Shown here piece after piece: positions 41,043 through 53,203 of a DNA stretch of 64,000 nucleotides. The translations under genes were made by a program, and so were the position numbers. Source of the stretch: Octopus sinensis. Lineage: Eukaryota. Under the pieces are notes generated by a model. That model worked only from the letters and a program-made list of their open reading frames with translations. It searched no databases and was not told the origin of the DNA. The stretch covers positions 134,106,001 through 134,170,000 of the forward strand of contig NC_042999.1 of assembly GCF_006345805.1 (NCBI RefSeq). Reading direction: 5' to 3'. How positions within the stretch are numbered: the stretch's first letter is position 1; every line of letters starts with the position of its first letter.

Positions 41043-41123
41043 TTTCCTGATGAGAAATCTGCATAATGTACTCCTTATTCCTTCGGAATTAGGAATATGC
41101 AGCCTTCGAAACATATGTCGAAA
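41043..41123 (+). ncRNA. Type I hammerhead ribozyme, intact core, extended stem II (copy 2)
   Basis: Same sequence as copy 1; predicted cleavage after C41119. Confidence 0.85.
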
Positions 41124-41168
41124 ATAAAGGAAATTTGTCAACAAGTCGTTCAACTCCATTCTTTCATA

Positions 41169-41215
<47 letters not shown>

Positions 41216-41344
41216 ATAGATAGATACATTCATACATAGATACATACATATATACGTACACACACGTATTTTTAAATATACATACATACATACATACATA
41301 CATACATACATTCATACATACATAGACGTCTATATACAGATATG

Positions 41345-42121
41345 GGATCTTTTCGGTGTGAAAGGCAGTTTTTAACATAATTTCTAGGTAACTGAACAAT
41401 TTTAAACTTCGTATACTGGTAGAATGTGTTTATAAAACATCATTTTCTCTTGGCTTTCTTGAGAAAATTCTGTAGTTTGTAACATATTTCGTCTTTAATT
41501 TCTTACATTTCGGCGATTTTAACCAATCAGTGGCGTTCATTGAGGTAAACAACATTCTGTGCCGTATGAATATGTCCCTCGTTTAAGAAACACATTGGGT
41601 TTATTTACATTTGTGAAGAAAAAAATATACCCTTCCCCCCACCCCTAACATTAACCCTAACCCTAACTAACCCTAAATCTAAAACAGATTGAAATGCAAT
41701 AGATCGATACTAGGGTTATAATTATGGGTGACAATTTCATATGACACGCATAATTATGACTATAGAATCGATCTATTGCATTTCAATCTATTAGGGTTAG
41801 TTAGGGTTAGGGTTAGGGTTAGGGGTAGGGGAAGGGTATCTTTTTTTCTTCACAAATGTAAATAAACCAAATGCGTTTCTTAAACGAGGGACATATTCAT
41901 ACGGCACAGAATGTTGTTTACCTCAATGGACGCCAGTGATTGGTTAAAGTTGCCGAAATGCAAGAAATTAAAGACGAAATATGTTACAAACTACAGAATT
42001 TTCTCAAGAAAGCCAAGAGAAAATGATGTTTTATAAACACATTCTACCAGTATACAAAGTTTAAAATTGTTTAGTTACCTAGAATTTATGTTAAAAACTG
42101 CCGTTCAAACCGAAAAGATCC
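41345..42121. mobile_element. Palindromic (foldback) non-autonomous DNA transposon with internal telomeric repeats
   Basis: About 380-bp inverted arms starting GGATCTTTTCGG; 8-bp TSD cagatatg at 41337-41344 and 42122-42129 (or 6-bp agatat if the termini are GGG/CCC); (CCCTAA)n and (TTAGGG)n near the centre. Confidence 0.9.
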
Positions 42122-42373
42122 CAGATATGAATTTGTAAAATATATATATATATATATATAGTGTACAAACTCACACGTGAGTTTGTGTGCGTGTATGTGT
42201 GTATGTATGTAAATATTTTATGTCTACGTATAATTGTATGTGGGTGTTTGAGCGTGTGCGCGTGTATATAATATGTCTATATTGCATATAATTCAGAATT
42301 TACGATTACCTATGCATTTCTGTAGGGTAACTTTGTTCTGCCAAACACTAAGTATTCCCATGCGGACAAGTAG

Positions 42374-42517
42374 GGGAGGAGGAGGAGGAGGAGGAGGAGA
42401 AGAAGAAGAAGAAGAAGAAGAAGAAGAAGAAGAAGAAGAAGAAGAAGAAGAAGAAGAGGTGGTAGGGTTGGTGTTGTTGCTGTTGTTGTCGTGGCGGTGG
42501 TGGTGGTGGTGGTGGTG
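42374..42517. repeat. (GGA)n(GAA)n(GGT)n trinucleotide tract
   Basis: Direct inspection. Confidence 0.95.
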
Positions 42518-43079
42518 AGAAAAAATATATGAAAATAAATGAAAGTGCCGACCTCCGAAATGAAATAAGTACATAAACACACAGATAAATAACATAAAAG
42601 CCTGCTTTGAAATCCCATCGGAAGTTCTAGATTTGCTAGAACATTCTACTCGAGATCAAATGATTTACTACAAAGTACATGACTCTGTACCATGTAAAAC
42701 GATACCTCCTGCATAAGGATACTTTTTTTTTTTTTTTTGTAAATCTATCTAAATTGAAAGATTGCGTTAAAAATTATAAATTTCTCAACGTGTTTCTATT
42801 AAATTAAATTAATCAAATATATCGCTAGATTAATAAAATACATGGAATAAAGTAAAGCGCAACGATATAACTGAGGGAAGGAGATTGTGTTTTCTTATTA
42901 TGAATTAGCTGCAAAGTGTTTTTTTGAAAATGGCATGAAATTTTTATAAGCATGAACCTGAGAGAGAAACCCGAAACGGGTTCACTTGTGGGATTTGAAT
43001 CACGAAGCCCGCTATTCTTGGACGGGACATAGCAGTACAGTCTTGCAGCACTTCCTCCATAAGATCCCTCAACAAGCAA

Positions 43080-43345
43080 TTGTCGTTAGACTTTTTTTCT
43101 GACTGGATCCCAAGCGTGACCAACTGAAACTAAAGATATTATCCAACCATCTTTCTCTAGATCTACCCTCCCCCACCAGTCACCTGCCAGTTGGCTAGGG
43201 TTGGAAAACTTATCCTGCGATCTTTTCCTGTAGCGTTCTAATCATCGGTCCGGAGCATTGACCGCTCAATGAGGAAAAATAACGGCTCGACCCGGAGAGA
43301 TGCCCTGATCTCTGAGCTACGTACCCTGTCCAGTAACGTTATTGT
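43080..43345 (-). pseudogene. RTE-clade LINE C-terminal remnant
   Basis: TLLDRVRSSEIRASLRVEPLFFLIERSMLR...PTGR...GRSRERWLDNI...WSRLGI. Confidence 0.75.
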
Positions 43346-43367
43346 TCCATTGCGTATAATGTTATTG

Positions 43368-43680
43368 AAGGCGCATGGCTCAGTGGCTCGAGCGTCGGGC
43401 TCATAATTAGAAAGTAATGCGTTCGATTCCCGGACTAGGCTGTGTGTTGAAATTCTTGAGCAAAACACTATAGTTCACGATGCTCCATTTCACTCAGCTG
43501 TAGAAATGAGTTGCGACGTCACTGGTGCCAAGCTGTATCATGCTTTGTCTTTCCCTTGGATAACACTGGTGGCATGGAGAAAGGAGGCTGGTAAGTATGG
43601 GCGATTGCTGGTCTTCCATAAACAATCTTGCCTGAACTTGTGTCTCGGAGGATTATTCTTGACTGAAAGGAGTCTTTACC
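43368..43680 (+). mobile_element. tRNA-derived SINE family C
   Basis: ggcgcatggctcagtgg...gttcgattcccgg boxes; body cactcagctgtagaaatgagttg...gccaagctgtatca. Confidence 0.8.
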
Positions 43681-43919
43681 TTTCCTATTGTTTAGCTCCA
43701 GCTAAACTCTGATCGAGCAGAAAATTGATCAAAGCCATGACCATCTCGTCTCTTCTTTCCATAGTGTATCTCAGACGACATGATCCAATAATGTCTTTCT
43801 ATATTTTAAAACAACAGTGTTGCGTTCAAATGATTTGGATGCTTTTATTTTACAAAACCAAACAAGAACGGAGAGCAGCGCTTCCTAAATTGTGTTGCGA
43901 CACACACACACATCTATAT

Positions 43920-44230
43920 AAGGGTAAAGACACCCTTCAGTCACGAATGGCCGTGAGATTGCTCATAGAAAGTTCCACTCCGGGGCACAAGTCCAGGCAA
44001 GGTTGTTTATGGAAGACTAGCAGTCGCCCATGCATACCAGCCTCCCTTCTCCGCACCACCGATGTTATCCAAAGGAAAAGGCAAAGGCTGATACAGCTTG
44101 GTACCAGTGGTATCACAACTCATTTCTACAGCTGAGTGAACTGTGCAACGTGAAATAAGGTCCGGAAATGTAACTCATTACCTCATAATTGTGGGCCCGA
44201 TACTCTAACCACTGAACCAGGTGCTTTCAC
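43920..44230 (-). mobile_element. tRNA-derived SINE family C, inverted relative to 43368-43680
   Basis: tgatacagcttgg...caactcatttctacagctgagtgaa. Confidence 0.8.
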
Positions 44231-44239
44231 TTATATATA

Positions 44240-44430
44240 CCGGAGTAAGCCCATAAATGTGAAGCAAGATGGAAGAAAGAGTACTCAAATACCAAGGGTA
44301 GAGTAATATGCTTTATTTAAAAGCAGCAGAAATTCAACAAAACCTGTTACATAAACTGTCCGACGAACGGGAACGTGAAACTCCGAGTAACGGGTTTTGT
44401 TGAATTTCTGCTGCTTTTAAATAAAGTATA
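44240..44430. mobile_element. Penelope-like terminal fragment with 40-bp inverted arms (44311-44350 and 44387-44426) inserted in (TA)n
   Basis: Inverted repeat encloses an HHR; absent from the paralogous site at 46727-46740. Confidence 0.8.
44356..44393 (+). ncRNA. Type I minimal hammerhead ribozyme, U4C core variant
   Basis: ctgt CCGACGA acg GGAA cgt GAAAC tc c ga GTA acgg; GNRA-capped stem II, quasi-palindromic stem III. Confidence 0.75.
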
Positions 44431-44699
44431 TATATATATATATATATTTATATAACATGTTACAGTATACTATCTTAGCTTAATTAACATTCTTTGTTGG
44501 AATTAACGAAGGTTTAATCTACGTCGTCAGTTAACATTCTAGAAAGAATAACATATTCCCACTCAGTCATTCCCTATCGTCTCAAAAAAGACCTGAACAT
44601 GGTCTAAAGGCAGGGTGGTCTCGGCTGGAATTCCTTTCATTGCATGTCTATTCCACCAAGGCTGATTTTGAACTCGACAAGAATATCCATTCTCTGTTT

Positions 44700-45028
44700 C
44701 ACTCTCTATACCTATGTTTTACTCTCTCTCTCTCTCTCCCTCCCTCCTTCTTACGTCTTTCTCTCTTTTTGTCCCTCACTTATCCTGTCACTCACCTTCT
44801 TGTCCTTGCTTTATGTTTCTCATATCCTAATCTCACCTACTCTCCCTCTCCCCTTCTCCCCTCTCTCTTTCTCTTTTGTCTCATTACTCTCAGGTCTCTC
44901 CTCTTTCACTCCCGGCTGTTTCTTTATTTCATGTTTCTCTATCTCAGTTCTCTCACGCTTATACTATAATTTTTCCCTATTTTCTTTCTTTCTCTACCCC
45001 TCCCTAATTCTCTCTCTTTCTCTCCCCT

Positions 45029-45066
<38 letters not shown>

Positions 45067-45450
45067 TGCCTCTCTCTCACTCTCTGTCTTTCTGTCTCTC
45101 TCTCCCTTACTCTTGCTCTATCTCTCTCATATTTTTATCTCTCCTTATCTTTACTATTGTTTTTTCCTTTCATATTACGTTGTCATCTCTTTCTTTTCCA
45201 ACGTCTCCGCCTTCTTTCTGCTGCATTTTGTCTCCCTCTTTCTTTCTTTCTTTCTTTCTTTCTCTCTCACTCACTCACTTACACAGACATTCTCTCTCTG
45301 TTTCTCGCACTCATCTGTCTCTATATTTCCTTGTCTCTTCACTTCACCTCTCTCTCCTTTATCTCTATCTCCTTTTTTTATCCCTCTCACTCTCCTCTTT
45401 TTACACCCAATTTATTTCTCTTCATTCTCCCTATATTTCTCTCGATCTTT
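44700..45450. repeat. Long pyrimidine-rich (CT) low-complexity tract
   Basis: Direct inspection; explains the Leu/Ser/Phe-rich ORFs. Confidence 0.9.
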
Positions 45451-45737
45451 TTGCTATAAATACACATACACATATACATTTGAGTTTAGCTTCGCTGATG
45501 GAACTGCAGGAAAGATTCTGGCGAGAGGATTGTGAATTGTGGACTGATGTAATGCTTTAACCAAGGCTAATCTGTCTGTCACTCTTGTATTTGTATGTTT
45601 AGAATCACTGATATTAATGGAGACAAAGAGAGTTTTGAATATCGTGTTAAGCCCAGTTCTAGGTTGATGGCAAGACAGAGATCTTTTACGCTCTCTTTTA
45701 ATCCCATGCAACAATCACACGCAGATATATATATGTA

Positions 45738-45768
<31 letters not shown>

Positions 45769-45812
45769 TGTGTGTGTGTGTGTGTTTGTATATATATATA
45801 TATATATGTTTG

Positions 45813-45846
<34 letters not shown>

Positions 45847-45895
45847 ATATAAATATATGTTATATTATGTATATATATGTATATATATATATATG

Positions 45896-45927
<32 letters not shown>

Positions 45928-46082
45928 TGTATGTATATATATATATACAATGCATAGACACATATATAAACACATACAGTTTTACACATACAGTTTTACA
46001 CATACAATCTTTACAATACAATCTAACACACTCTCTCAAATATATTTGCAAATTATTTTTTAAAATTTCTCACCAATACACG

Positions 46083-47240
46083 CGCAGGCGTGACTGTGGG
46101 GTAAGAAGTTTTGCTTCCGAACCACATGGTTCCAGGTTCAAGCTCACCGCGTGACACCTTGGGCAAGTGCCTTCTACTATAGCCTCGGGTTGACCAAAGC
46201 CTTATGAATGGATTTGGTAGCTGGAAATTAAAAGAAACCTGTCGTATCTTCGTTTATCATTTCTTTGTATCAGTCATTAGACTGCGGCCATGCAGAGGTG
46301 CCACCGTGAATTTTTTTAGTCGAATAAATCCACCCCGGTATTATGTCTCCTTAAGCCTGGTACGTATTCTATCGAAGTCTTTTGCTGAACCGCTAAGTCA
46401 CGTGGACCTGTGTGTGTGTCTGTTTCCCGCGCGCACATGTCGAGACTACCGAAAAAGACATTTGGCAATCCAGAAACCAATATCTTTCATTGGAATTTAG
46501 GCAACTAGATAGCCACGTATGTACATATGTATGTACGGATGTACGCATGAATGTATGAATGTATCCAAGGGAAAGGCAAAGACAGATACAGCTTGGCACC
46601 AGTGACATCACAACTCATTTCTACAGCTGAGAGAACTGAGCAACGCGAAATAAGGTCCGGGAATGTTACTCATTACCTCATAATTGTGGGCCCGATACTC
46701 TAACCACTGAACTAGGTGCCTTCACTTATATATATATATAACATGTTACAGTATACTACCTTAGCTTGTGTAACATACTTTGTTGGAATTAACGAGGGTA
46801 TAATCTACGTCGTCAGTTGACATTCTAGAAAGAATAACATATTCCCACTCAGTCATTAGATAGCGGCCACGCTGGGGCACCGCCGCGAAGGAATTTTAGT
46901 CGTATGTATCAACGCCAGGACTTACTTTTCATAAGGCTGGTACTTGTTCCATCGGTCTTCTTTTACCGAATCGCTAAGTTAAGGAGATGTAATCACACTA
47001 GCACCAGTTGTCAAATGGTGGTAGGAGGACCAACACAGACACAAAGACACACACTCACAGACACAAACATATATACGACAAGCTTCTTTCAGTTTCCGTC
47101 TACCAAATCCACTCACAAGGCATTGGTCGGCCCGAGGCTATAGCAGAAGACACTTGCCCAAGATGCCACGCAGTGGGACTGAACCCGAAACCATGTGGTT
47201 CGTAAGGAAGCTACTTACCACACAGCCACTCCTGCGCCTA

Positions 47241-47271
<31 letters not shown>

Positions 47272-47430
47272 GATCATTTACTTGTTTCAGTCATTATTAG
47301 ACTGCAACCATGATGGAACACCAGCTTAAAAGATTTTAGCCGAAGTTATCGACTCTATCGGCCCTTTTGCCGAACCGCTATATTACAAGGACAGAAACAA
47401 ATCAATACCGGTTGTCAAACTGTGGTGCAG
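46083..47430. mobile_element. Cluster of SINE family A copies (46083-46245 +; 46265-46400 -; 46850-47240 -; 47275-47430 -) plus a family C fragment (46562-46725 -)
   Basis: Colinearity with full copies elsewhere in the window. Confidence 0.8.
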
Positions 47431-48132
47431 TACAAACACACACACACGCACACACACACATGCACGCACACACACACACATACACACACATATATATATA
47501 TATATTTATATAAACGTACATATAAGCACACTTTGATACATATACAAATATATTATTTGAATAAATTTTTTAATTAAAAAGTTTATTATATAATTTGTTC
47601 TGTATAAGAAGAAAACAAAAACGAAATCGTTTAAAATATATATCATATGAATCTTGGAGAATGGTTAACTGAAGTGCAGATTGGTAAGTGAGAAGAAACT
47701 TATAATTAAGTAACATAATACTTCATAACTAAACACAGCATAATTTAGTATGATTTATTTTACTAAACTAAGCAGGAAATTTAACACATAAATGACTCAT
47801 TAAACCCATTATGCAATTCTCAAAACGTGAATGTAATCATAGAACTGCGCAAAAATAAGGAACGTGATCTTTAATAAAGTGGCATATACGTATAATATTA
47901 TGAAGCTTAATTAACTAATGACCTATTTGCAAATGTGGTACAGACCGTTTTAGATTCGGTAAGATGTGATATTTTCATAGCTCACCTCTTATCTTTCCCG
48001 TCAGAAGAACAGCTCCTTTTGTAAAACTATAATACATCATGTGTTCATGTGTAAATCTCTCTCTCTGTCTCTCTCACTGTATATATATATATCTATTCTA
48101 TATAATATATATATAATATATATATATATACC

Positions 48133-48445
48133 GGATACCCCTTCGATCACGAATGACCATGGCATTGCACCTAGAAAGGTACTCTCCGAGGCACAAGTCT
48201 GGGCATGGTTGTTTATGGCAGACCAGCAGTCGTCCATCAATACCAGCCTCCTCTCTCCACACAACTGAGGTTATCCAAGGGAAAGGCAAAGGCTGATACA
48301 GCTTGGCACCAAGTGACATCGCAACTACAGCTGAGTGAACTGGAGCAAAGTGAAATAAAGTGTTTTGCTCAAAAACATAACACGCAGTCTGGTCCCGGAT
48401 TCGAAAACCTAGCCTCACGTTCGCAACCACTGGGCCATACGCCTT
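48133..48445 (-). mobile_element. SINE family C
   Basis: Homologous to 43920-44230. Confidence 0.8.
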
Positions 48446-48504
48446 CACACACAGAGACACACACACAGACGCACACACACATATATATGTATGCATACAA
48501 CACT

Positions 48505-48537
<33 letters not shown>

Positions 48538-48649
48538 GTACTAGGCTTACAAAGAATAAGTCCTGGGGTCGATTTGCTCGACTGAAAGGCAGTGCTCCAC
48601 CATTGCCGTAGTCAAATGACTGAAACAAATAAAAGAATTAAAGAATATA

Positions 48650-48889
48650 CAGGGTCGTGCAAAACTAGGAATACAGTTATGAAAACAGAAAACACGTACA
48701 ATACTCATTTATTTTTATCAAAAAATTAAAAGTTACGATAACAGTATTATTATAGTTTTAATAAATGTATTATTATGATTAATGACACTGAAAATATCAA
48801 AAATAAGGTTAACTAATTTAATGTGCTTATTAATGAAGTATTATAGCATTCATGTGATACTTACTGTACACCTACTTTTGCAACCCCTG
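48650..48889. mobile_element. Tc1/mariner-type MITE (240 bp)
   Basis: TA|cagggtcgtgcaaaactaggaatacagt ... actgtacacctacttttgcaacccctg|TA; imperfect ~27-bp TIRs, AT-rich interior. Confidence 0.75.
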
Positions 48890-49732
48890 TATATGTAGAA
48901 AACTATAATTTTAATTGAGGAAGAGAGAATTCAAATTGATGTTGCATTCGTTTCGCTGCACGAATGTGATTTATTTCAAATGACATACAAATGTATGTGT
49001 TCATTCACTTCTGACATAATTTGATTGAAATTCAACTTAAGAACTTAATTAGCAACTTCGAATTTCTCATCCTTTCATGGGTGTGTACAACAATGAGGTC
49101 GATCGACAAAATGGAGGTCTTTTTTTTTTTAACCCTGAGATTTCCCCGCTCTAATTATTATAGTAACACGTTGTTGTCAGGACTGTAGGCACATGGGAAC
49201 TTAAACATATTTATCTATGCATATACACTATCTCACCAGCAAATACATACATACACCATACATATATACATAATTCTTACACACAAACGCAAACAAACAA
49301 GCATACACACACATTCATTTAATGTACAATATATGGTTTTATTTAATCCGGTGGTACTCACAAAGTAGCTCCTTGGTGGACCAGGTTACATTTGAGCAAT
49401 GGATTTAACCATGATATCCTTTGTATCTGAAAAGTTAACCTTGAATTATCTGTTTTAGCTTGTAAAATGTACAAGATTACTATGCAATTTATAACACATA
49501 CACTAGTGCAGACATGTAAAATATTTTATTATACGCTAAAATATATTATTTTTCTATGATGCTAGCTGCGAAACGATCGTAATCTTGTAGATATCGACTA
49601 GTGAAATAAATATATTCATCTCATATCTCCTGATATTCTTTATATTTTCTCGATATATGAGTGTGTGCGTATATATACATATATGTGTGTGTGTGTGTGT
49701 ATACAGACACACAAATATACAGACACACGTAC

Positions 49733-49812
<80 letters not shown>

Positions 49813-50649
49813 AAATAGAACTCACATTCTTTTATAGGTTCTACGGACACAAGGGAATACCTGAAGCAAATCCAGTGGCATATGCCGCCGTAATGTTGTT
49901 GACATCAGGTAGCCGAAAACTATGAACGGGCTTGGAAGAGAACACTTCAAGGTCTTTACCCGAATACAAATTATATATTTGTCCAATTTTAAACCCTGCA
50001 CGACTTCTATACACACTGTCTTTTCTACCCGCCATTGCTTCTTCACCAAACTTTTTGGCGCCCTCCGATTCTTCCCCTCTCTTCCTCCCATCCTCCTCCC
50101 CTCTTCCTCCCATCCTCCTTAATCCCTTCTTTCTCCTTTTCTCTTGGTCACTGATTCTGTCCCTGCCTCCACCCTCTTTGATTCCCTCTCTCTCTGTCTC
50201 TCTTTCTCTCCTCCTCGACCTGCTGCTTCTTAAACATTCTGTTGACCTTCGTATCTCGACCAACATGTGTCCCCGCTACCGAAACGGTAATTATTTCTAC
50301 GCCAGCTATGTTGTTGTTGTTGTTTTTGTCTCATTTGGTCTAAAGTCGTATGACAACCACCGTTATATATATTTGTTTATTCATTACTGTTTTCAATTTC
50401 GTTTTCGTCTCTTGTATCACATCCGTCTTGTGCGTTCACATTCCTGTCTTCTACCAAGAAATCTAATGCTTACAGCTTAGTTTTTTTTCTGGGGCTGACG
50501 AGTTGGAGCAAATATCAGAATTGAACAGCCGAAATTTGCTATGATGATTCGGTGTCTGACTGAAGATTGAAGGCTTCGAATGATTTGTCTGTGTTCCGTG
50601 TTCGTCCCTTCCTGTATTTCACGTTCATTATATATAAAAACATTCATCT

Positions 50650-50696
<47 letters not shown>

Positions 50697-50907
50697 ATAT
50701 ATATATATGCGTTATACATACATATATACTACATACATACATACATACATACATACATACATACATACATACATACACATATATATATGTATATATGTAT
50801 ATCAGTAACAATATAGGGTGAAATTAATTAATTTGGAATAATCATTAATTACACCAAGTAGATTTCGGCATGTAAAAGCCTCATTCGAGGAAAGTTTAAG
50901 TAATACT

Positions 50908-51076
50908 AAGCAATAAGGGTTTAGCAACGAATTGCCTCACACACACCGAATTTAGAAATAGCAGTCAAAGAGTTATAGCTATTCTTTCTAGTAGAAAGAA
51001 TAGCTATAACTCTTTGACTGCTATTTCTAAATTCGGTGTGTGGTGAGGCAATTCGTTGCTAAACCCTTAATTGCTT
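50908..51076. repeat. Near-perfect palindrome, ~83-bp arms, 1-nt centre (50991)
   Basis: ...gagttatagctattctttcta g tagaaagaatagctataactc... Confidence 0.95.
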
Positions 51077-51200
51077 TGTACATATGTATATATATACATG
51101 TATATGGGGAGAATTCACAAAAAAAAAATACAAAAGACGAAGACAAGTGGTGTAGACAACGAACAGATATATTAGTATAACTTTCGGGAAATGAAAAAGT

Positions 51201-51236
51201 CTTTAACATTTTGAGCCTGCGCTCTTCCACAGACAG
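51201..51236 (-). ncRNA. Decayed hammerhead, same family as 14166-14201
   Basis: Minus strand: ctgt CTGTGGA a gagc gcag gctc AAAAT GTT aaag; flanks 51105-51270 homologous to 14075-14240. Confidence 0.55.
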
Positions 51237-52075
51237 GAACACAGAAAGAAACAAGGAGAGAAAACAAAGAATGCGTAACCTGTCTTTTGCATCACTTCAT
51301 ATTTTGAAGGTTTCAATGTCGCAATCCAAAAACATACTATAACTATTTATTGAAAATTAGCAAAGAATAGAGGTTTTAGGGATAACTGCTTTTATCCGCA
51401 TTATAAGTTTATATTATGCCAATGAATTTAGTGCATTTGGCTATCCTAGTAAATATCTTTATTTGTAGTCAAGAAAAACTAGACAAATCAAGCAGAGAAA
51501 GCAAATGCTTAATAGATATTTCGAAAATACAGTCTGTAAGAGGATCTATAAAAATATGCAAGGCTTTTCTTCAATACGTATAACTCTTCATCGTTGCGGT
51601 TATACAAATTTCAGCGATGAGGTTTTGCATTTTTGTATCTTTGCTCGAAGCCAACATAATTACATGCATAGACATACATTCATACGAACACACATACATA
51701 CATACATACATACATAATACACACATACACACACACACACACATACACACACACACACATATATATATATAATATATATATGCATTTATATATATATATA
51801 TATACATACACACACAACAGACATATACACGCGTACACACGTATACATATGCACAAATACATATATACTGAAATCTATGTATCTATGTATGTGTATGTGT
51901 GTGTGTGCGTATAAGCTTACATACGCATAAGCATATTGGTATTTTCATACGAATAGCCATATCTAAATAAGTACGTGTACAGGCGTACATATACGCACGC
52001 ACACACACACACACATATATGTATATACATACATACATACGTACATACCTATATAACATAATATACATATATACA

Positions 52076-52133
<58 letters not shown>

Positions 52134-52787
52134 TCGCTTACACATATATGTATAGAGCATGCGACTCTATACATAGTTTTGTATAATTAGCTGTTCACAA
52201 TTTCCCATTGTATTTCTAAACATTTATGTGCGTGCTCTTCAATATTTACACGCATCTATATTAGAAAAGTGATTTATCATCATAACAATACCACATTATA
52301 GGTCTATATACATACGCGTATCTATATACATATACAAACGTAGATTTACGTAGTAGACACGGAACCATCTGTGTGCCTGTGTCTAAGCCTGTGTGTGAGT
52401 GTGCGTGCATATATATATATACATACATATATAGATATATATATATATATATATATAATATATATATATATATGATATGTGTGTGTGTGTGTGTATGTGT
52501 GTGTATGTATGTATGTATCTATGTATGTAAAGTATATGTATATGTGTATGAGCATATGTATGTGAACGTTTATATCGGGATATCTATATGTACGTATGCT
52601 CGTACCTACTTCTATACGTTTATAATGATTTATAACCTCTGCCTATCGATATTTAGTTATATTCCGCCTTCATGTCTAATCCTTTTGTATCAGTGGATTA
52701 GTATGGTTATACAGGTATATACATACATACATATATACATGCATACAATCTTACACATACATACATAATTGCAACATATATATATAT

Positions 52788-52887
52788 NNNNNNNNNNNNN
52801 NNNNNNNNNNNNNNNNNNNNNNNNNNNNNNNNNNNNNNNNNNNNNNNNNNNNNNNNNNNNNNNNNNNNNNNNNNNNNNNNNNNNNNN
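52788..52887. other. Assembly gap (100 N)
   Basis: N run following (TA)n. Confidence 1.
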
Positions 52888-53203
52888 CAAGTTTGCAAGT
52901 TCTTCATTCAAGAATTCTTTCCATAAACTGAGTGTATGTTTCGAGTCGCATTCGGCTGCAGAGTTTCCTTTTGTGTACTCATGAAGCATTATGTGCCTCA
53001 AATGCCTTTGGATACTTCCATGTTAGAAAGGGTTTTAATCAAAGAAATTTTAATTTTATTATTCTGTAAAATAATATTTAATTAGTTTAAATGTACACAA
53101 ATTCATAAAAATAATTTTTCATTCCATTAGACATTCTAAAATTCTATTAAATTCATTAAATTTTTTAAAAAAAGGTAAAATGGGACAGAACTTATGACCT
53201 GAT
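52888..53203 (-). mobile_element. Mariner element 5' end with transposase N-terminal HTH remnant
   Basis: HLRHIMLHEYTKGNSAAE resembles the Mos1-type HTH N-terminus; TIR-like tcaggtcataagttctgtcccatttt next to TA; truncated at the gap. Confidence 0.7.

Larger units (their letters stand above)
38531..41212. repeat. Near-perfect tandem duplication, unit about 1337 bp (38531-39867, 39868-41212)
   Basis: Identical duplicated ORFs 38705-38992 and 40042-40329; only a few substitutions/indels seen; (TA)n at both ends and at the junction. Confidence 0.95.

Noticed and set aside
41640-41830. Chromosome end or fusion site suggested by opposed telomeric repeats
   Set aside because: Repeats are short and lie inside a TSD-flanked palindromic transposon
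44640-45560. 271-aa hydrophobic ORF
   Set aside because: Translation of a CT-rich tract
50490-50560. CTGACGA...GAAA hammerhead candidate
   Set aside because: Could not form convincing stems I and III or a cleavage triplet
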